Positions 16,193 to 27,466 of a DNA stretch of 64,000 nucleotides are shown in pieces. Below the pieces are notes generated by a model. The model worked only from the letters and a program-made list of their open reading frames with translations, ran no database searches and was not told the DNA's origin. Origin of the DNA: a virus (lineage: Duplodnaviria; Caudoviricetes); the IMG/VR virus record IMGVR_UViG_2619619259_000001, positions 16,985 through 80,984 of that record; one strand, given 5' to 3'. Positions within the stretch are counted from its first letter, which is position 1. Every line of letters begins with the position of its first letter. The position numbers and the translations under genes were made by a program.

Positions 16193-17839
16193 ATGTCTAC
16201 AAGTAGCATTCCATTTACTATCTCGCAGGTAGCTGGGGTTGCGATTGGAGCGATTGACGCAGAAAAAACACTGACTATCGGGGATGGTGGAAGTGCCTCA
16301 GTATTTAGTGGTGTTGTCGTCTCTGAAAGAGGCCGTCCATTCACTGCATTGAAAGTAACAAAATCAAACTTTATTAAATTACTAGGCGCACCGATCCACC
16401 CATCAAAAGGGAAATCGTTTGAACCCATTCGCCATGTTGCTGACGCGGTGAAGGGCGGTTTTGGCTACGTTGTCCGGGTGGTACCAGAAGATGCAAGGTT
16501 CCCATTAATCACCTTGTCTAAGCCTACTGCACTTAAATCTAAGTCGGTAAAAAGCGGGGCAGGGGATGTAGAACCTCTAGCAGCTGAAGCACCTGTAAGT
16601 AATGTCGTGGTATCAAATTCAAGTCAGCCATTTGAAGGCGATGTCACTTTGTCTGATGGGCAATTTTGTTCAATTTATGTTGTTGACGGGGATCCGTCTG
16701 CTAACCGTGTGCTAAGCATTGAAAAAGATGAAGCAGAAGAAGGGCGCTTCATTCTAAAGCTTGCTGAGATCAGCAAAATGGGGGTTTCAACCCTGTTAGA
16801 CAACATTACCATTTCATTTGATCTTGAGTCTGTAGATGACATGGGGCGCCCAGCATACATTGTGACGGCATTAGAAAACCGCTCCCAATATTTACGTGCT
16901 GTTTGTAATTCAGATCTGGCGTTAACCTCTGGGTTCACCTCCCTCTCTAAGCAAGCTTTTGTCGGCGGTACCAATGGTGATTTAAATAACATATCCATTG
17001 AACAGTATCGAAAAGCGACCACGGTCCTTCGTAACGCCTTCGTTGATATAACAGCTGTTCTTGGGCTGGGTTGCTATGAACCATCAATCATTGCTGAGTT
17101 AGCTGACATTGCGTTGGATCGCCGTATTGATGCATTTTTTGATATAGCCCCGACGCTAAATTATGCCGAAGCGCTGACTGTCGCAGATGAGTTGCCATTA
17201 CACGAAAATCCTAATTCTTGCGTCTACCACTTCCCATTTAGTTCACGTGATAGTTACAGCCAATCAACGGTAGTGTACGGGCTATCTGGGGCTGCTTTCG
17301 TTGCTAAAGCAAAGGGCGTGGCTAAAGTCCCTGATGTAGGAGGGTGGCACTACTCACCAGCAGGACAAGAAAGAGGGGTGATTAGCCGCATTGGGTTGGC
17401 TCCATTGCCAGGTGTTGGCGAACCGGATTACGAAATGATGTACGCCAAGCGCATTAACAAAATTGAAAACGCCGGCGATGGCGTATTGATGATTGATGAT
17501 GCGTTGACAACCTATCGACGAGATAACTATCTCCGATTCCAGCACATCCCCTCCACGATGAACGCTATTTCACGCGATTTTTACATCCTAGGCAGGGCGC
17601 TTAAACATCAACCTGACGGAATCACCATAGGGGCATTAGAGCGTGAATTGCCGCGCCTTCTTGACCGATATATCGGCTCCGGCGCTTTAGTTAAACCACG
17701 CGATCCTGATGTAGATGGCGAATCACCGTACATCATCACGGTAGAGCAGTCGGATAAAGATTTATGGACCGTTTCTTGGTCTTGCTGCGTTACAGGTTCT
17801 GCTCGTCGCATCGTTGGGATGCCAGCACTAATTCGTTAA
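16193..17839 (+). CDS. Contractile tail sheath (P1 gp22-like)
   Basis: FVGGTNG, HYSPAGQERG, RINK, LMIDDALT...NYLRFQH; gene order. Confidence 0.8.
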   Translation: MSTSSIPFTISQVAGVAIGAIDAEKTLTIGDGGSASVFSGVVVSERGRPFTALKVTKSNFIKLLGAPIHPSKGKSFEPIRHVADAVKGGFGYVVRVVPEDARFPLITLSKPTALKSKSVKSGAGDVEPLAAEAPVSNVVVSNSSQPFEGDVTLSDGQFCSIYVVDGDPSANRVLSIEKDEAEEGRFILKLAEISKMGVSTLLDNITISFDLESVDDMGRPAYIVTALENRSQYLRAVCNSDLALTSGFTSLSKQAFVGGTNGDLNNISIEQYRKATTVLRNAFVDITAVLGLGCYEPSIIAELADIALDRRIDAFFDIAPTLNYAEALTVADELPLHENPNSCVYHFPFSSRDSYSQSTVVYGLSGAAFVAKAKGVAKVPDVGGWHYSPAGQERGVISRIGLAPLPGVGEPDYEMMYAKRINKIENAGDGVLMIDDALTTYRRDNYLRFQHIPSTMNAISRDFYILGRALKHQPDGITIGALERELPRLLDRYIGSGALVKPRDPDVDGESPYIITVEQSDKDLWTVSWSCCVTGSARRIVGMPALIR

Positions 17840-17851
17840 TTCGGAGATGAA

Positions 17852-18725
17852 ATGACTAAATTCTTTGAAAGCGGACATCACCTTACCAATCCATTGGAAG
17901 GCATGTCCATGATTTTAGAAAGTAAAAAAACACCCCAGATGACAAGGAAAAGGAAAAGGAAAAGGAAAAGGAAAAGGAAAGGAAAAGGAAAAGGAAAAGG
18001 ACGATAAATCCAAAAATCCAGAAAAGGATGATGAGAAAGGTAAAAAGCAGCCGAAATCTGAACCCGATCCTGATCCTGAAGACAAAGAGAAAAAGAAAGG
18101 TGATGACGAGATGACCGAATCAATGGTGCTTGAACGCGCTCATTCACTCATCCTAGAAAAAGCGACAGCTAAGGCTCAGGAAGATATCAGAGGCCAAGCG
18201 GCTAGTGCTGTCCTTGGATGGATTGATGATGGTGACGCTACATTTGATGCATTCGATTCATATGCATTAGATCTCGCCGATATCGATGTGGATTCCGAAG
18301 ATGAACCGACTGATGAGCAAAACGATGCTTATAACACAGCCCTAGCTATCATGGCGGATGCTGCCGTTTCGTTCGGTGCTGATGAGTCCAATGTCGCAGC
18401 AATGATTAATGATGAAGATGACGATGCGGCCAGCGATGTGATGGATCAACTGTCAGAGATTGATCCTGATGAAGAAGACGAACTCATTACCGCATTTAGT
18501 TTTGGTGATAGTAGCGACAGTTTAATGATGGAAGCGGTTAAGCGTGTCGTAAGAGCAGGGAAGGTTAAGTTGATTAAAAAACGACCTCGCCCACGTCGAT
18601 TAAATGCCGCACAAAAGGCCAGTTTAAGAAAGGCCCGGAAAAAAGCGAATACCGCATCAGCAAAAATAGCCCGACGAAAGTCCATGAAAATCCGTAAAAA
18701 GCGGATCCCGACTAAACGCACATAA
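17852..18725 (+). CDS. P1 gp21-like protein; 5' part split by homopolymer indels
   Basis: Acidic middle and basic C-terminus (KRVVRAGKVKLIKKR...ARKKANT). ATG 17852 has a GGAG Shine-Dalgarno and joins the 18111 frame if two missing As are restored. Confidence 0.65.
17944..18000 (+). repeat. (AAGGAA)n hexamer repeat encoding a KE tract
   Basis: About 9-10 copies, one of them lacking an A. Confidence 0.85.
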
Positions 18726-18791
18726 TTCGGTAGGTCCAATAACTCGGTAGGACCACCAGCGATGCTGGTGGTCTTTAATAACAGGTGATTT

Positions 18792-19367
18792 ATGCATTTT
18801 GGTGCAATTTTCCCAGATGGCGTTAGCCAATACCTCAAGGTTTACATCACATCAGGGGAGGATATGGTCGTCGGTTATATCGGGGACGGGGCCGGTGCTG
18901 AGATAAGTTCTACATGGACGAGCCCATTTGAGAATGACTCTCTAGGCTCTGTTGCTGGGGTGGAGACGGTGAGTAATATCGCTCAATCGGCAACGAATAT
19001 GACCTCAATAAGTCGATTTAACTCACTACTAGTTTGGCAGGGCGCGACACCTCCAACGTTCAATCTACCAATCTATTTCATGGCAACACAGAATGCAGAA
19101 ATAGAGGTCAACGGTGCAATCATGACATTGCTAGCAATGGTTTCACCTGAATTGGACGATTTCACGCCCGGCGGTCGTAGACCACAAGCTTTGGTGCTTG
19201 ATATCGGGAGGCGTCACAAAATAACTGACGTAGTTATTCAAAACGTTAGTTATGAAACTGATGCACCACGTACATCTAATGGAATGTATACACATAACAA
19301 TGTAACCCTACAAGTATCGGGGATGGCTGTACAAAACCGGTCTGAAATCCCAACTTTATTTAGCTAA
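18792..19367 (+). CDS. Tail morphogenesis protein (P1 PmgG-like)
   Basis: Size and gene order after gp21; DGVSQYLKV, WTSPFENDS. Confidence 0.6.
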   Translation: MHFGAIFPDGVSQYLKVYITSGEDMVVGYIGDGAGAEISSTWTSPFENDSLGSVAGVETVSNIAQSATNMTSISRFNSLLVWQGATPPTFNLPIYFMATQNAEIEVNGAIMTLLAMVSPELDDFTPGGRRPQALVLDIGRRHKITDVVIQNVSYETDAPRTSNGMYTHNNVTLQVSGMAVQNRSEIPTLFS

Positions 19368-19382
19368 TTAGGAGTTTTAATC

Positions 19383-19886
19383 ATGGGCAATAATGGCCAT
19401 TTTAACGCAAAAGGGAACCTCGGTTTCTTAAAGCAACGTTTTGAACAAAACCGCTCACAAGGCGAAAAGTTAAGCGGGGCAGAGTTCTGGTTAACCATTC
19501 AGGAATATCCCAATATTTCTGCATTAGTTCGTACTACTCAGCATCCCGAGATGGCACGTGAAGCGCTTGAAGACTTCGGCCCAGGGGGGTTGAAATTTGT
19601 ACAGCACGGTACATTAAAGAATTCCGGTGAAATCACTATTCAATGCGTCGAAACCATCACTGGCGAAGTCGCAAAAATGATCAAGAAGGCGGTCGTCAAT
19701 AAAGAATATGTGACGATTACCTTACAATCAACGCCTGAGTCATCAAACGGAAATTCTCCAGCATCCCTAAAAACGAACTTTCTGCATTGCCTTATTGCCT
19801 GCGAGCAAATCGATTTCGCATCAGAAGACGTCACTTCATTTGTTCGTCCTTCCCTGAGAATTACCTACAACTGGATTGATTACTAA
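19383..19886 (+). CDS. Tail tube-fold protein (P1 BplB-like)
   Basis: Beta-rich; GEITIQCVET and C-terminal LRITYNW resemble tube proteins; gene order. Confidence 0.6.
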   Translation: MGNNGHFNAKGNLGFLKQRFEQNRSQGEKLSGAEFWLTIQEYPNISALVRTTQHPEMAREALEDFGPGGLKFVQHGTLKNSGEITIQCVETITGEVAKMIKKAVVNKEYVTITLQSTPESSNGNSPASLKTNFLHCLIACEQIDFASEDVTSFVRPSLRITYNWIDY

Positions 19887-20481
19887 TATGACGCCACGAC
19901 AGCTTCTAAATGACGTTTTAAAGCGATTTGCGGTGCTATTGCATGATGACCCATTAGCACTTGATGAATTACTGGTGACGGCGCTTACAGCATATCAGGA
20001 CAGAGCTGGATTAGTGGCTAATATTCGCATCAATAAAGAGGATTGCGGAGACAAATGTAGCCGCATTCTCTTTCCTAGTAACTATTTAAGCTTAATTAGT
20101 GTTACGGATAAAACAGGCGATCTTGTCTATACCTACACAGATGAAACCGCAGTAGATCTAGACCTTATGGGTAATGAAGTTTGGCCTCTAACAATGTCAT
20201 ATCTCATTAATCTCAGGAACATAGACCTAGAAAACGGCTCCATCCCTGAGCCTATTATTGGGATGCTAAAAGATTATTTGGAAATACTCATCTCAATACC
20301 AAATACGGCCCGTATTCGCCGCGTCACAATTGCAGGGAAAATGGATACATCAAGTCTTCCTGAAGAACTCTCGTTAAACGAACGAAAATCCGATTTAGAA
20401 ATACAAATGGCTGAGCGGAGATCCATTCTCCCCATGCTCACCATTTACTCATCTCAACTAAAGCCGCAGAGAAAGGAATAA
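19876..20481 (+). CDS. Neck/head-tail connector-like protein (P1 PmgC-like)
   Basis: MTPRQLL.DV.KRF..L; gene order. Confidence 0.5.
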   Translation: MITNMTPRQLLNDVLKRFAVLLHDDPLALDELLVTALTAYQDRAGLVANIRINKEDCGDKCSRILFPSNYLSLISVTDKTGDLVYTYTDETAVDLDLMGNEVWPLTMSYLINLRNIDLENGSIPEPIIGMLKDYLEILISIPNTARIRRVTIAGKMDTSSLPEELSLNERKSDLEIQMAERRSILPMLTIYSSQLKPQRKE

Positions 20482-21206
20482 TGGGTTTTTTTGATGGTTT
20501 TAAAAGTGGGATCACTAGCGGACTCAACCTCTCTAGCGTAAATCTCCCTTCTTTTATTAGCGGCGTTCTTGATCGCAATCAGGGAATAACAACAGATCCT
20601 TATGCTGGTGGGGTAGGGCAAACAGCTGAGTTATCGCGTTCTAAAAATATCCTTGAACGGCTCATGCGCATTAGATTTGCACAGGGCTGGCAATGGACAG
20701 TTGAAGTGGATGGAATGCAAGACTTCGAGTTTTACATCAAAGATATCACTTACGGCGGGAACAGTATTGAAAGTGAAGTTCGCATCATTGGCGGTGGAGA
20801 AATAAATAAACCCACACATAGAACAACAGAAAGCGTAACTATGGTTGTTCGTGATAATGAAACAGGCACAGTGGCCAAGTGGTTCGATGCACGAAAAAAT
20901 AAAGTTATCAATGCTGATGGCACAATCAATCTACCACCAAGTTATCTCCTGAATATCAGGATTTACCGGCTTAATTCTGATGGACAGAAAGAACTCGATA
21001 GAGAGTGCAAAGTCATCCCGTTAGAACGCGGAGAAACGACGCGGTCCAGAGATAATGTCGGTGAATTTTTCACCTACCCGCTATCTTTTCGTAGCTATTC
21101 CTCGTTTGGTAGTTCAGTTATTCCGTCAATATCCAGCATCCCTGATGCTGGGACAAAAAATAATAGCGGTGTAACTGGTACCAGCGGCATTAATGGAGAT
21201 TACTAA
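20481..21206 (+). CDS. Tail tube-related protein (P1 Tub-like)
   Basis: RFAQGWQWTVEVDG, KDITYG, VIN.DGTINLP..YL; gene order. Confidence 0.6.
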   Translation: MGFFDGFKSGITSGLNLSSVNLPSFISGVLDRNQGITTDPYAGGVGQTAELSRSKNILERLMRIRFAQGWQWTVEVDGMQDFEFYIKDITYGGNSIESEVRIIGGGEINKPTHRTTESVTMVVRDNETGTVAKWFDARKNKVINADGTINLPPSYLLNIRIYRLNSDGQKELDRECKVIPLERGETTRSRDNVGEFFTYPLSFRSYSSFGSSVIPSISSIPDAGTKNNSGVTGTSGINGDY

Positions 21207-21208
21207 AC

Positions 21209-22018
21209 ATGCATATTCCTAAATTTCCATTGCCATCGCGACCTGAGATAGAAATACAGTTCAGAATGCCTACCGTGGCAGATGCAATGGCGTTTTGTGA
21301 CATCAGCGATACATATGAAGAAAGAACAACAACAAGTTATCTAAACCAAATGCAGGAAGGTGAGATCAACGATAGTCAACTATGGACAGCCCAAGACCGC
21401 AGAACTGCACTCTGGTGGATATTTTCATCGTCTCGAATTGATTGTGTTGTGACATACAGTTACAAGTGTGCATTTTGCGGAGAAGAGCATTACTACGATC
21501 TAGATTTAAGGGAACTTGACCAATACGCAACGCTATTGGATAGAGAGCCCTATATTGAAGGCGTTGAAATACCCGTTAATGGCGAAATATATGAATGGCG
21601 ATTTGTCCCATTAAATGGCATTGCTATGGAAAACTTAGAGATAATGCGGGCTCTTCTTCCAGAAGATCGCAACTCAAAGGAATATAAAGACGCTGCTGCA
21701 AATGTACGTCTATGGGAGTACATCTACCAAACAGAACTCTTTCACGATATTGACCCCGATTTTCAAGCGAAAGCAAACCGTCGCTATGACCTCATTAAAA
21801 GCATGTCTATAGACACCGAATTTAAGCAACTAATTGCTCGAATCAAGACGGCTAGGGATTTATTAGTTCACGGACTAGAAATAGAGTTCGATCAAGGCGT
21901 ACCAAGATTGGTTTCCCCGCCACACTACTGCACCAAGGCAGATAAGGAGGAAGCAGACCGACCATCAACTCGACTGTTGATCCCCTTTCGGAATCACGAA
22001 TTCTTTCCCGATTTATGA
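21209..22018 (+). CDS. Tail assembly chaperone-like protein (P1 PmgB-like)
   Basis: CxxC (CAFCGEEH); directly precedes the tape measure gene; an open +1 frame follows to 22154. Confidence 0.6.
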   Translation: MHIPKFPLPSRPEIEIQFRMPTVADAMAFCDISDTYEERTTTSYLNQMQEGEINDSQLWTAQDRRTALWWIFSSSRIDCVVTYSYKCAFCGEEHYYDLDLRELDQYATLLDREPYIEGVEIPVNGEIYEWRFVPLNGIAMENLEIMRALLPEDRNSKEYKDAAANVRLWEYIYQTELFHDIDPDFQAKANRRYDLIKSMSIDTEFKQLIARIKTARDLLVHGLEIEFDQGVPRLVSPPHYCTKADKEEADRPSTRLLIPFRNHEFFPDL

Positions 22019-22157
22019 TCTAGCCAGTTGGCAAATTATCGTGAACAACCTAACTCTATACGGCGGACAGCCGATTGATGCGATCGATAAACTGGAAGAG
22101 TGGCGAGCAATGAAACTAAATGAAGCCGTCCAATTAAAATATAAACCTCAATGATAG

Positions 22158-25100
22158 GTGATTGTGGTGTCTGAAAAAAACACACAAGAAATAACGAGCA
22201 AGGCTGTAGAAACGCCTCTAACTGACAGGCTGAAAAGCAGCGCGATCACTTCTCTCGATGCCATCAAGATTATTGATACAATCGAAGCAGCGAGTCAGGA
22301 AGAACTCGCAGCACTAGCCAAGATCACTGCTGGCATTAGCGCTCTTTCAGACAAAAATATTAATGGGGGCAGCGCACAATCACAACCCAACGCTCCCACA
22401 AACAAGAATGCCGATGGGGACAGTGACGCAGACCTTGTTATTGATAGAAAACCACGATCTCGCATTGTTTCCTCGAAAGATAATAAACAGCATAACGAAC
22501 GCCCCCCTTCAACTAACGCTAAAAACAAAAGTGTAGAACCAAAACCTCAACAAAAAACATCTGACAGAACGAACGAAAAAGATAGCCAAAATGAAGACAA
22601 TGAGCACAAAAAGCGCAAGCGCTATCGCATAGATCGTGATGCAAACGGAAATTCTCTTGATAGAAAAGATGAAAATTCTAATCCCGTTCGTGCTCGCAAT
22701 GAAAAAGGGCAATTTTCATCAGCGGATAAATCGGCAGAAAACAGAGCCAAAGCCGACAGAAAACAGGAAGACCAAAAACGATTTGGGTTATTTGACAAAA
22801 TTGGCGATCTCATTAGTAACGCTAGCGGCAAAGGTGGGGAAACTAATGCCACAGATGTCGCTGGTGTTGCGGCTGGTGGCTCATTCTGGAAAGCAGCTAA
22901 AGAAATTACAGACTTAACAAAAACAGTCGCAGACTCGGCACAGCAAACATATGCCGGAATTAGGGGTGAACAAGGGGACAAGAAAAAGAATAAATCTAAC
23001 AACCTCCTATCAAAAGCAAGGGGGTTATTTGGACTCGATCCAAAAACAAAAAAACAGCATCAAACACTGGCATTACATCCGTAAAAAAAATAACACCAAA
23101 GCCCCCTGTTATAGGGAGAGTTAACAACCAAGCGGTAAGCACAACAGACACGATAGAAGCCGCCAATAAAAATCAGGACAACAAGAAAGGCGGGTTGTTT
23201 AGAGGAAACCGCAAGCAAAAATCAGGTGGTTCATTAGATGTTGTTAACCGAAATATTCAAAAAACGGGCATTAAAAAAACACTAGAACAAACAAAAACCA
23301 TCAAGGAAGGCCACCAGCAAATCATTGATCGGCTAGATAAATTGATTGATGAAAAAGGTAAGAATGGAGGCGGTGGTAGCGGCTTATTAGGCTTACTTGG
23401 TGCAGGATTGCTAGCTAAGTTGGGCAAAAAAATTGGAGCAAGACTTTTAGCCGCTATTTTATCAGGTCTTGGGCTTAAAAAGCTGGCTGCGCGTATAAGA
23501 GATCTATTCCGTTCAGCTGGTGGCGGCTTGGGCGGTGGAAGAGGACGGCGCAATAGGCGGGGACCATCAACAGGTGGAGCAGATGATCCAGGAAGCAGAC
23601 GCAGAGGCAAAAGGAAAAAGAAGAGAAACAGGAGATCCAACAATTCAAGAAGGCGACCAAGAGCTAGACGTGGAAAGTGGGGGGCTATTCTTGGCACTGC
23701 TGGGATTTTAGGCGTAGGTACAGCTTATGCGTCCTCAAATAATGATGAAGACGACTATGATGACGACGACGATTACGATGAAGACGACGACCACGAAGAT
23801 GGCCCAATCGAAAATGAGGATGATAAGAATAGTAGTAGCAATAACAGTATTAGTAATGGGCTAGTTGCTGGCAGTGTTGGTGTATCCGCAGCTAACGCGG
23901 TTCATCAAATGACATCTAGTGGTGCAGCCGCAGGAGTTAGTGCAGGATCCGCGACAGGGGCCTCTCTTGCTCAAAATGCTGGTGGCGCTGTAAACAAAAA
24001 AGTCACAGCGAAAATAGCCACAAAAGCTGTCGCAAAAGTGGGGTTAAGAGCTATCCCTATCATCGGTCAAGTCATAGGAGTCGGTATAGATACCTATGAT
24101 GGACTCACAGATAAGGAGGCTCAACGCGATGCATTTAATTTATCTGATGATGAAGAGATAAAAGGCCGGCATAAAGCCGAGTATACCGCCGCAAATATTC
24201 TCGATATGGGGGGATTAGTCTCTGGTATTTCAGGTTTGCTCGCCTCTGGTGCGGCGGCGTTAGGTCTTGAGAAAACAGCGGCAGTTCTTACATTTGAAAC
24301 GAGCGATATAGCACGGAGCATTGATAGTCAAGTTACTGTTTTAGGTAACATTGCAACTGCATTTGATCGCGTTTTTGGCATATCTCAAAAAACAAATAGC
24401 GCTATTAACTCAATAGATAGCGCTCTTGGTATATCGAAGAAGATAGACAGTACCGTTGCCGGAGTTGGTAGTGCAATTAGTGGAATAGCGAAATTTCTTT
24501 CACTCAATGAAAAAGAGGCAGGCAAACAATTTAAAGCCTCCGAACGCAGAGATGAAAAAAATGCAATTGATACCATAGCGGCGATAAATCTTGGTGCTAA
24601 AACCACCGTGGATGCTATTAACAGTATCGATATAAGTAGCGCCATTTCCGCAGTGAATGGGGCTGTTGCTCAAGTCGCACTTTCTGCATCAAATGCCCCT
24701 ACAACAGACGACATTGACCCCAATTTAAACATTGGCGGGAAAAATGCGAAAACTAGAAGCTTTAGGAATAACAATTTTGGCAACCTAAACTATATAGGCC
24801 AAGCAGGTGCGTCATTAGAAAATGCCAACTCAGAGGGTAAGCGTCGGTTCGCTAAATTTGAAACACCTGAAGAAGGCTTTCGCGCTCTAGGCAATCAGCT
24901 GATGCTGTATGCAACAGGGAAATCAAAGGCAGCTGGCTACAAAAAACTTGAGTCAATTGATAGCATTATTGATATTTACGCCCCACCATCGGAAAACAAT
25001 ACTGCAGCATATAAAGCTAATCTAGCCAAGCAACTTGGCGTATCTACGACAGACAGAATAGATATGTCAGACCCTAGGGTAATGACACGGATGATGCGTG

Positions 25101-26515
25101 CCATTGCAACAATCGAAGGGGGCAACCCACAGGTTACCGATCAGTTTATTGAGGGATCCATTGGTCAATACGATTTTTCCAGCAAAAAATGGCGCGGACA
25201 GTTTAGTGAAAAAACACTATCGATCATAAATCAGAAGCGCGCAGCAAAAGGATTATCCGCCATATCCGCAGGCGATCAATACAGCATGCCAGAGATGGTG
25301 CAAGGCGGGCAAAAGTCGATTCAATCCACAAATAAGGTTCCCGCACAAACAACACCTGTAGCCCCGATAGCCACAGCATCAACAGCATCAACAGCATCAA
25401 CAGCATCAACAGCATCAACAGCATCAACAGCATCAACAGCATCAACAGCAAATTCTACTAACGATAAAAAAGCAAAAGAAACGCCAAAAGAAAAATCAAA
25501 AGGGAAAAACGAGAAGAAAAAAGAAGAACAAAAACCAGACGACATCAAGGCAGCAACCGCAGCAACCGCAGCAACCGCAGCAACCGCAGCAACCGCAGCA
25601 ACCGCAGCCAATTTACCAAAGCAAACCGAAACTAAAAGCAAAAAACAAGACATCGCCCAAAAAGCAACACAAGGAATTTCTGGAGTACTCGGTACCGCCG
25701 TCAATATTACACAAGAACATTTATCCAACATCGAAGGGATGCGTCGCCCTAACTCTGAGAAGAAAAGTCCCGACAAACCCTCTCAAACTCAAGTAAAAAC
25801 CGAAGCTGCACAATCAACAGAAAAACCGAATGAACAGCCTCAATCTGCAGAAAAAGACAAAGAGAACAAAGAAAAACAGGAAGAGAAAACCCAAGAAGCA
25901 CAACAAGTAACAGCGCATGAAAATAGCAATGGGGGGACGTCTTACAGAGCAGCTAAGCTTCCAGGGGAGGGGAATGAGACAATTAAAACGCTCATGTCTG
26001 CTGTTGGAGCGGATCGACTAGCTAGCGCAGAAGGTATGCGTCGAGCCACATCTCAAGGACCAAACCTACTAGAACGGATTAAATCTGGAAATACGGGGAT
26101 AAAAACACAACAAAAGACCAAGGCGGAAGAAAGCAAAGGGGAAAATAAAAGCAGTACAAGTACAACAGAGAATAACACTACAGAGAAGTCGCCTAAACCC
26201 ACAGCGGCAACTCAGGAAAAATCTGTTGCCACCGGAGGGATTAGCCAGTTACGCAGTACTGCTCCATCGGTTAGTGACCTAGCAGGCAGTCAGATCAGAC
26301 CTATTGTAGAGTTACTTTCCAAATCAACGGACACAAAAGCCATCGTTGATGGGCTGGATGCTATATTCAAAATCCTTGATAAAACATACAAAGACAAAGA
26401 TCGTTCGGCTGATGCTCCAAATCAAACAACTCAATCGCCACAGCCAGAACCTAGGTCAACAATACCACTATCGTTCAATGATGAAACAATGAATAGCCTA
26501 GCAAACGATAATTGA
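22158..26515 (+). CDS. sit: Tape measure protein with lysozyme-like domain (P1 Sit-like); split at an A7 run (~23048-23054)
   Basis: One added A fuses 22158..23084 with 23195..26515 (~1452 aa); Ala/Gly-rich; RNNNFGNL...FETPEEG...YAPPSENNT..Y domain. Confidence 0.75.
25373..25450 (+). repeat. (ACAGCATCA)x8 in-frame repeat (TAS)
   Basis: Perfect 9-bp tandem repeat within the tape measure gene. Confidence 0.9.
25550..25603 (+). repeat. (GCAGCAACC)x6 in-frame repeat (AAT)
   Basis: Perfect 9-bp tandem repeat within the tape measure gene. Confidence 0.9.
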
Positions 26516-26877
26516 GAATAATGATGAATGAAATTGACAGCTTAATGCGTGTTGGATCGGACGGTGTTAATACTCATAGTGGTAACGCACTATCTCTATC
26601 ATCGCGCTTAGATGAGTGGCTAGAAACGCCGGAAGGCTCAATCTATGGCTTACCTGGCTGGGGAAATAACTTGGCTCGATTTAAACACGAACCAACTAAC
26701 GTCTTTACTGAAGTGGCTATAGAGAACTCAGTAATCACCAAACTTCGAATTGATATCCCTGAACTAAAACTAATTGGCATTAGATGCCAAGAGCTAAGCG
26801 TAGACATCTATAAAGTGGACTTTTTGGTTCCAGAAGGGATTATATCGAAGAGTTTAATAAAAGAATCAATTAAATGA
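26512..26877 (+). CDS. Baseplate wedge gp25-like protein (P1 PmgA-like)
   Basis: RLDEWLETPEGSIYGLPGWGN..FKHEP. Confidence 0.7.
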   Translation: MRIMMNEIDSLMRVGSDGVNTHSGNALSLSSRLDEWLETPEGSIYGLPGWGNNLARFKHEPTNVFTEVAIENSVITKLRIDIPELKLIGIRCQELSVDIYKVDFLVPEGIISKSLIKESIK

Positions 26878-26927
26878 GTAAATGAGTAAATGAGTAAATG
26901 AGTAAATGAGTAAATGAGTGAATGAGT
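26872..26927 (+). repeat. (AAATGAGT)x6 plus one variant copy
   Basis: Seven GAGT boxes at 8-bp period. Confidence 0.9.
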
Positions 26928-26949
26928 GAATTATAATATAAGGATCTGT

Positions 26950-27417
26950 ATGAAAAAAATAATTTTTGTTTTTATAACGCTGTTCTTTTCCTGTTTGTCA
27001 TCGGCAGCTAATGTAATGCCCGCCGATAGAACTATAGCGAATCAAGTTGGACAGTTGGTTGACCAATCCGTCTCAGAAAAAATGCAACAATGCCTAGGTG
27101 CAGGAGAACTATCGAGTAATGGTTGTATGGCGTATGGTTCAAACGCCTACGCAAACGCATTTTCAAGGGCGGGATACAGTTATCGAGACACCATAGTGAA
27201 GGCGGCAACAGATGCTAACTTCATGGTTAACTATAATGCATTACGTATTGACGCATTTTTTATGCCGACAATCGCCGCGCTTAAAAGTGAAGACGGAACT
27301 AATCTTCTAGTGAAGTTAAAGGTCATAAAAAATAGCGATATTGAAACAATAAGGAAGGGTTTTTCGGTTAGAAATAGCAACCATTCAGGGCAAGGCATTG
27401 AGGGGATGCGTCGTTAA
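26950..27417 (+). CDS. Exported protein (moron) of unknown function
   Basis: AAGGA Shine-Dalgarno, then signal peptide MKKIIFVFITLFFSCLSSA; hairpin at ~27425-27449 follows. Confidence 0.65.
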   Translation: MKKIIFVFITLFFSCLSSAANVMPADRTIANQVGQLVDQSVSEKMQQCLGAGELSSNGCMAYGSNAYANAFSRAGYSYRDTIVKAATDANFMVNYNALRIDAFFMPTIAALKSEDGTNLLVKLKVIKNSDIETIRKGFSVRNSNHSGQGIEGMRR

Positions 27418-27466
27418 ATCCAAAAATGGCCACTCAATTAGTGGCCATTGTACTTATACCCAACAA

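Noticed and set aside
17878-18147. Minus-strand ORF with FPFP/FLFL repeats resembling a membrane protein
   Set aside because: Antisense shadow of the AAGGAA (KE) repeat in the gp21-like gene.
22158-23084. Separate 308-aa gene ahead of the tape measure
   Set aside because: A single added A joins it in frame, without stops, to 23195..26515.
25224-25776. Minus-strand ORFs with MLL and AVD repeats
   Set aside because: Antisense shadows of the 9-bp repeats in the tape measure gene.
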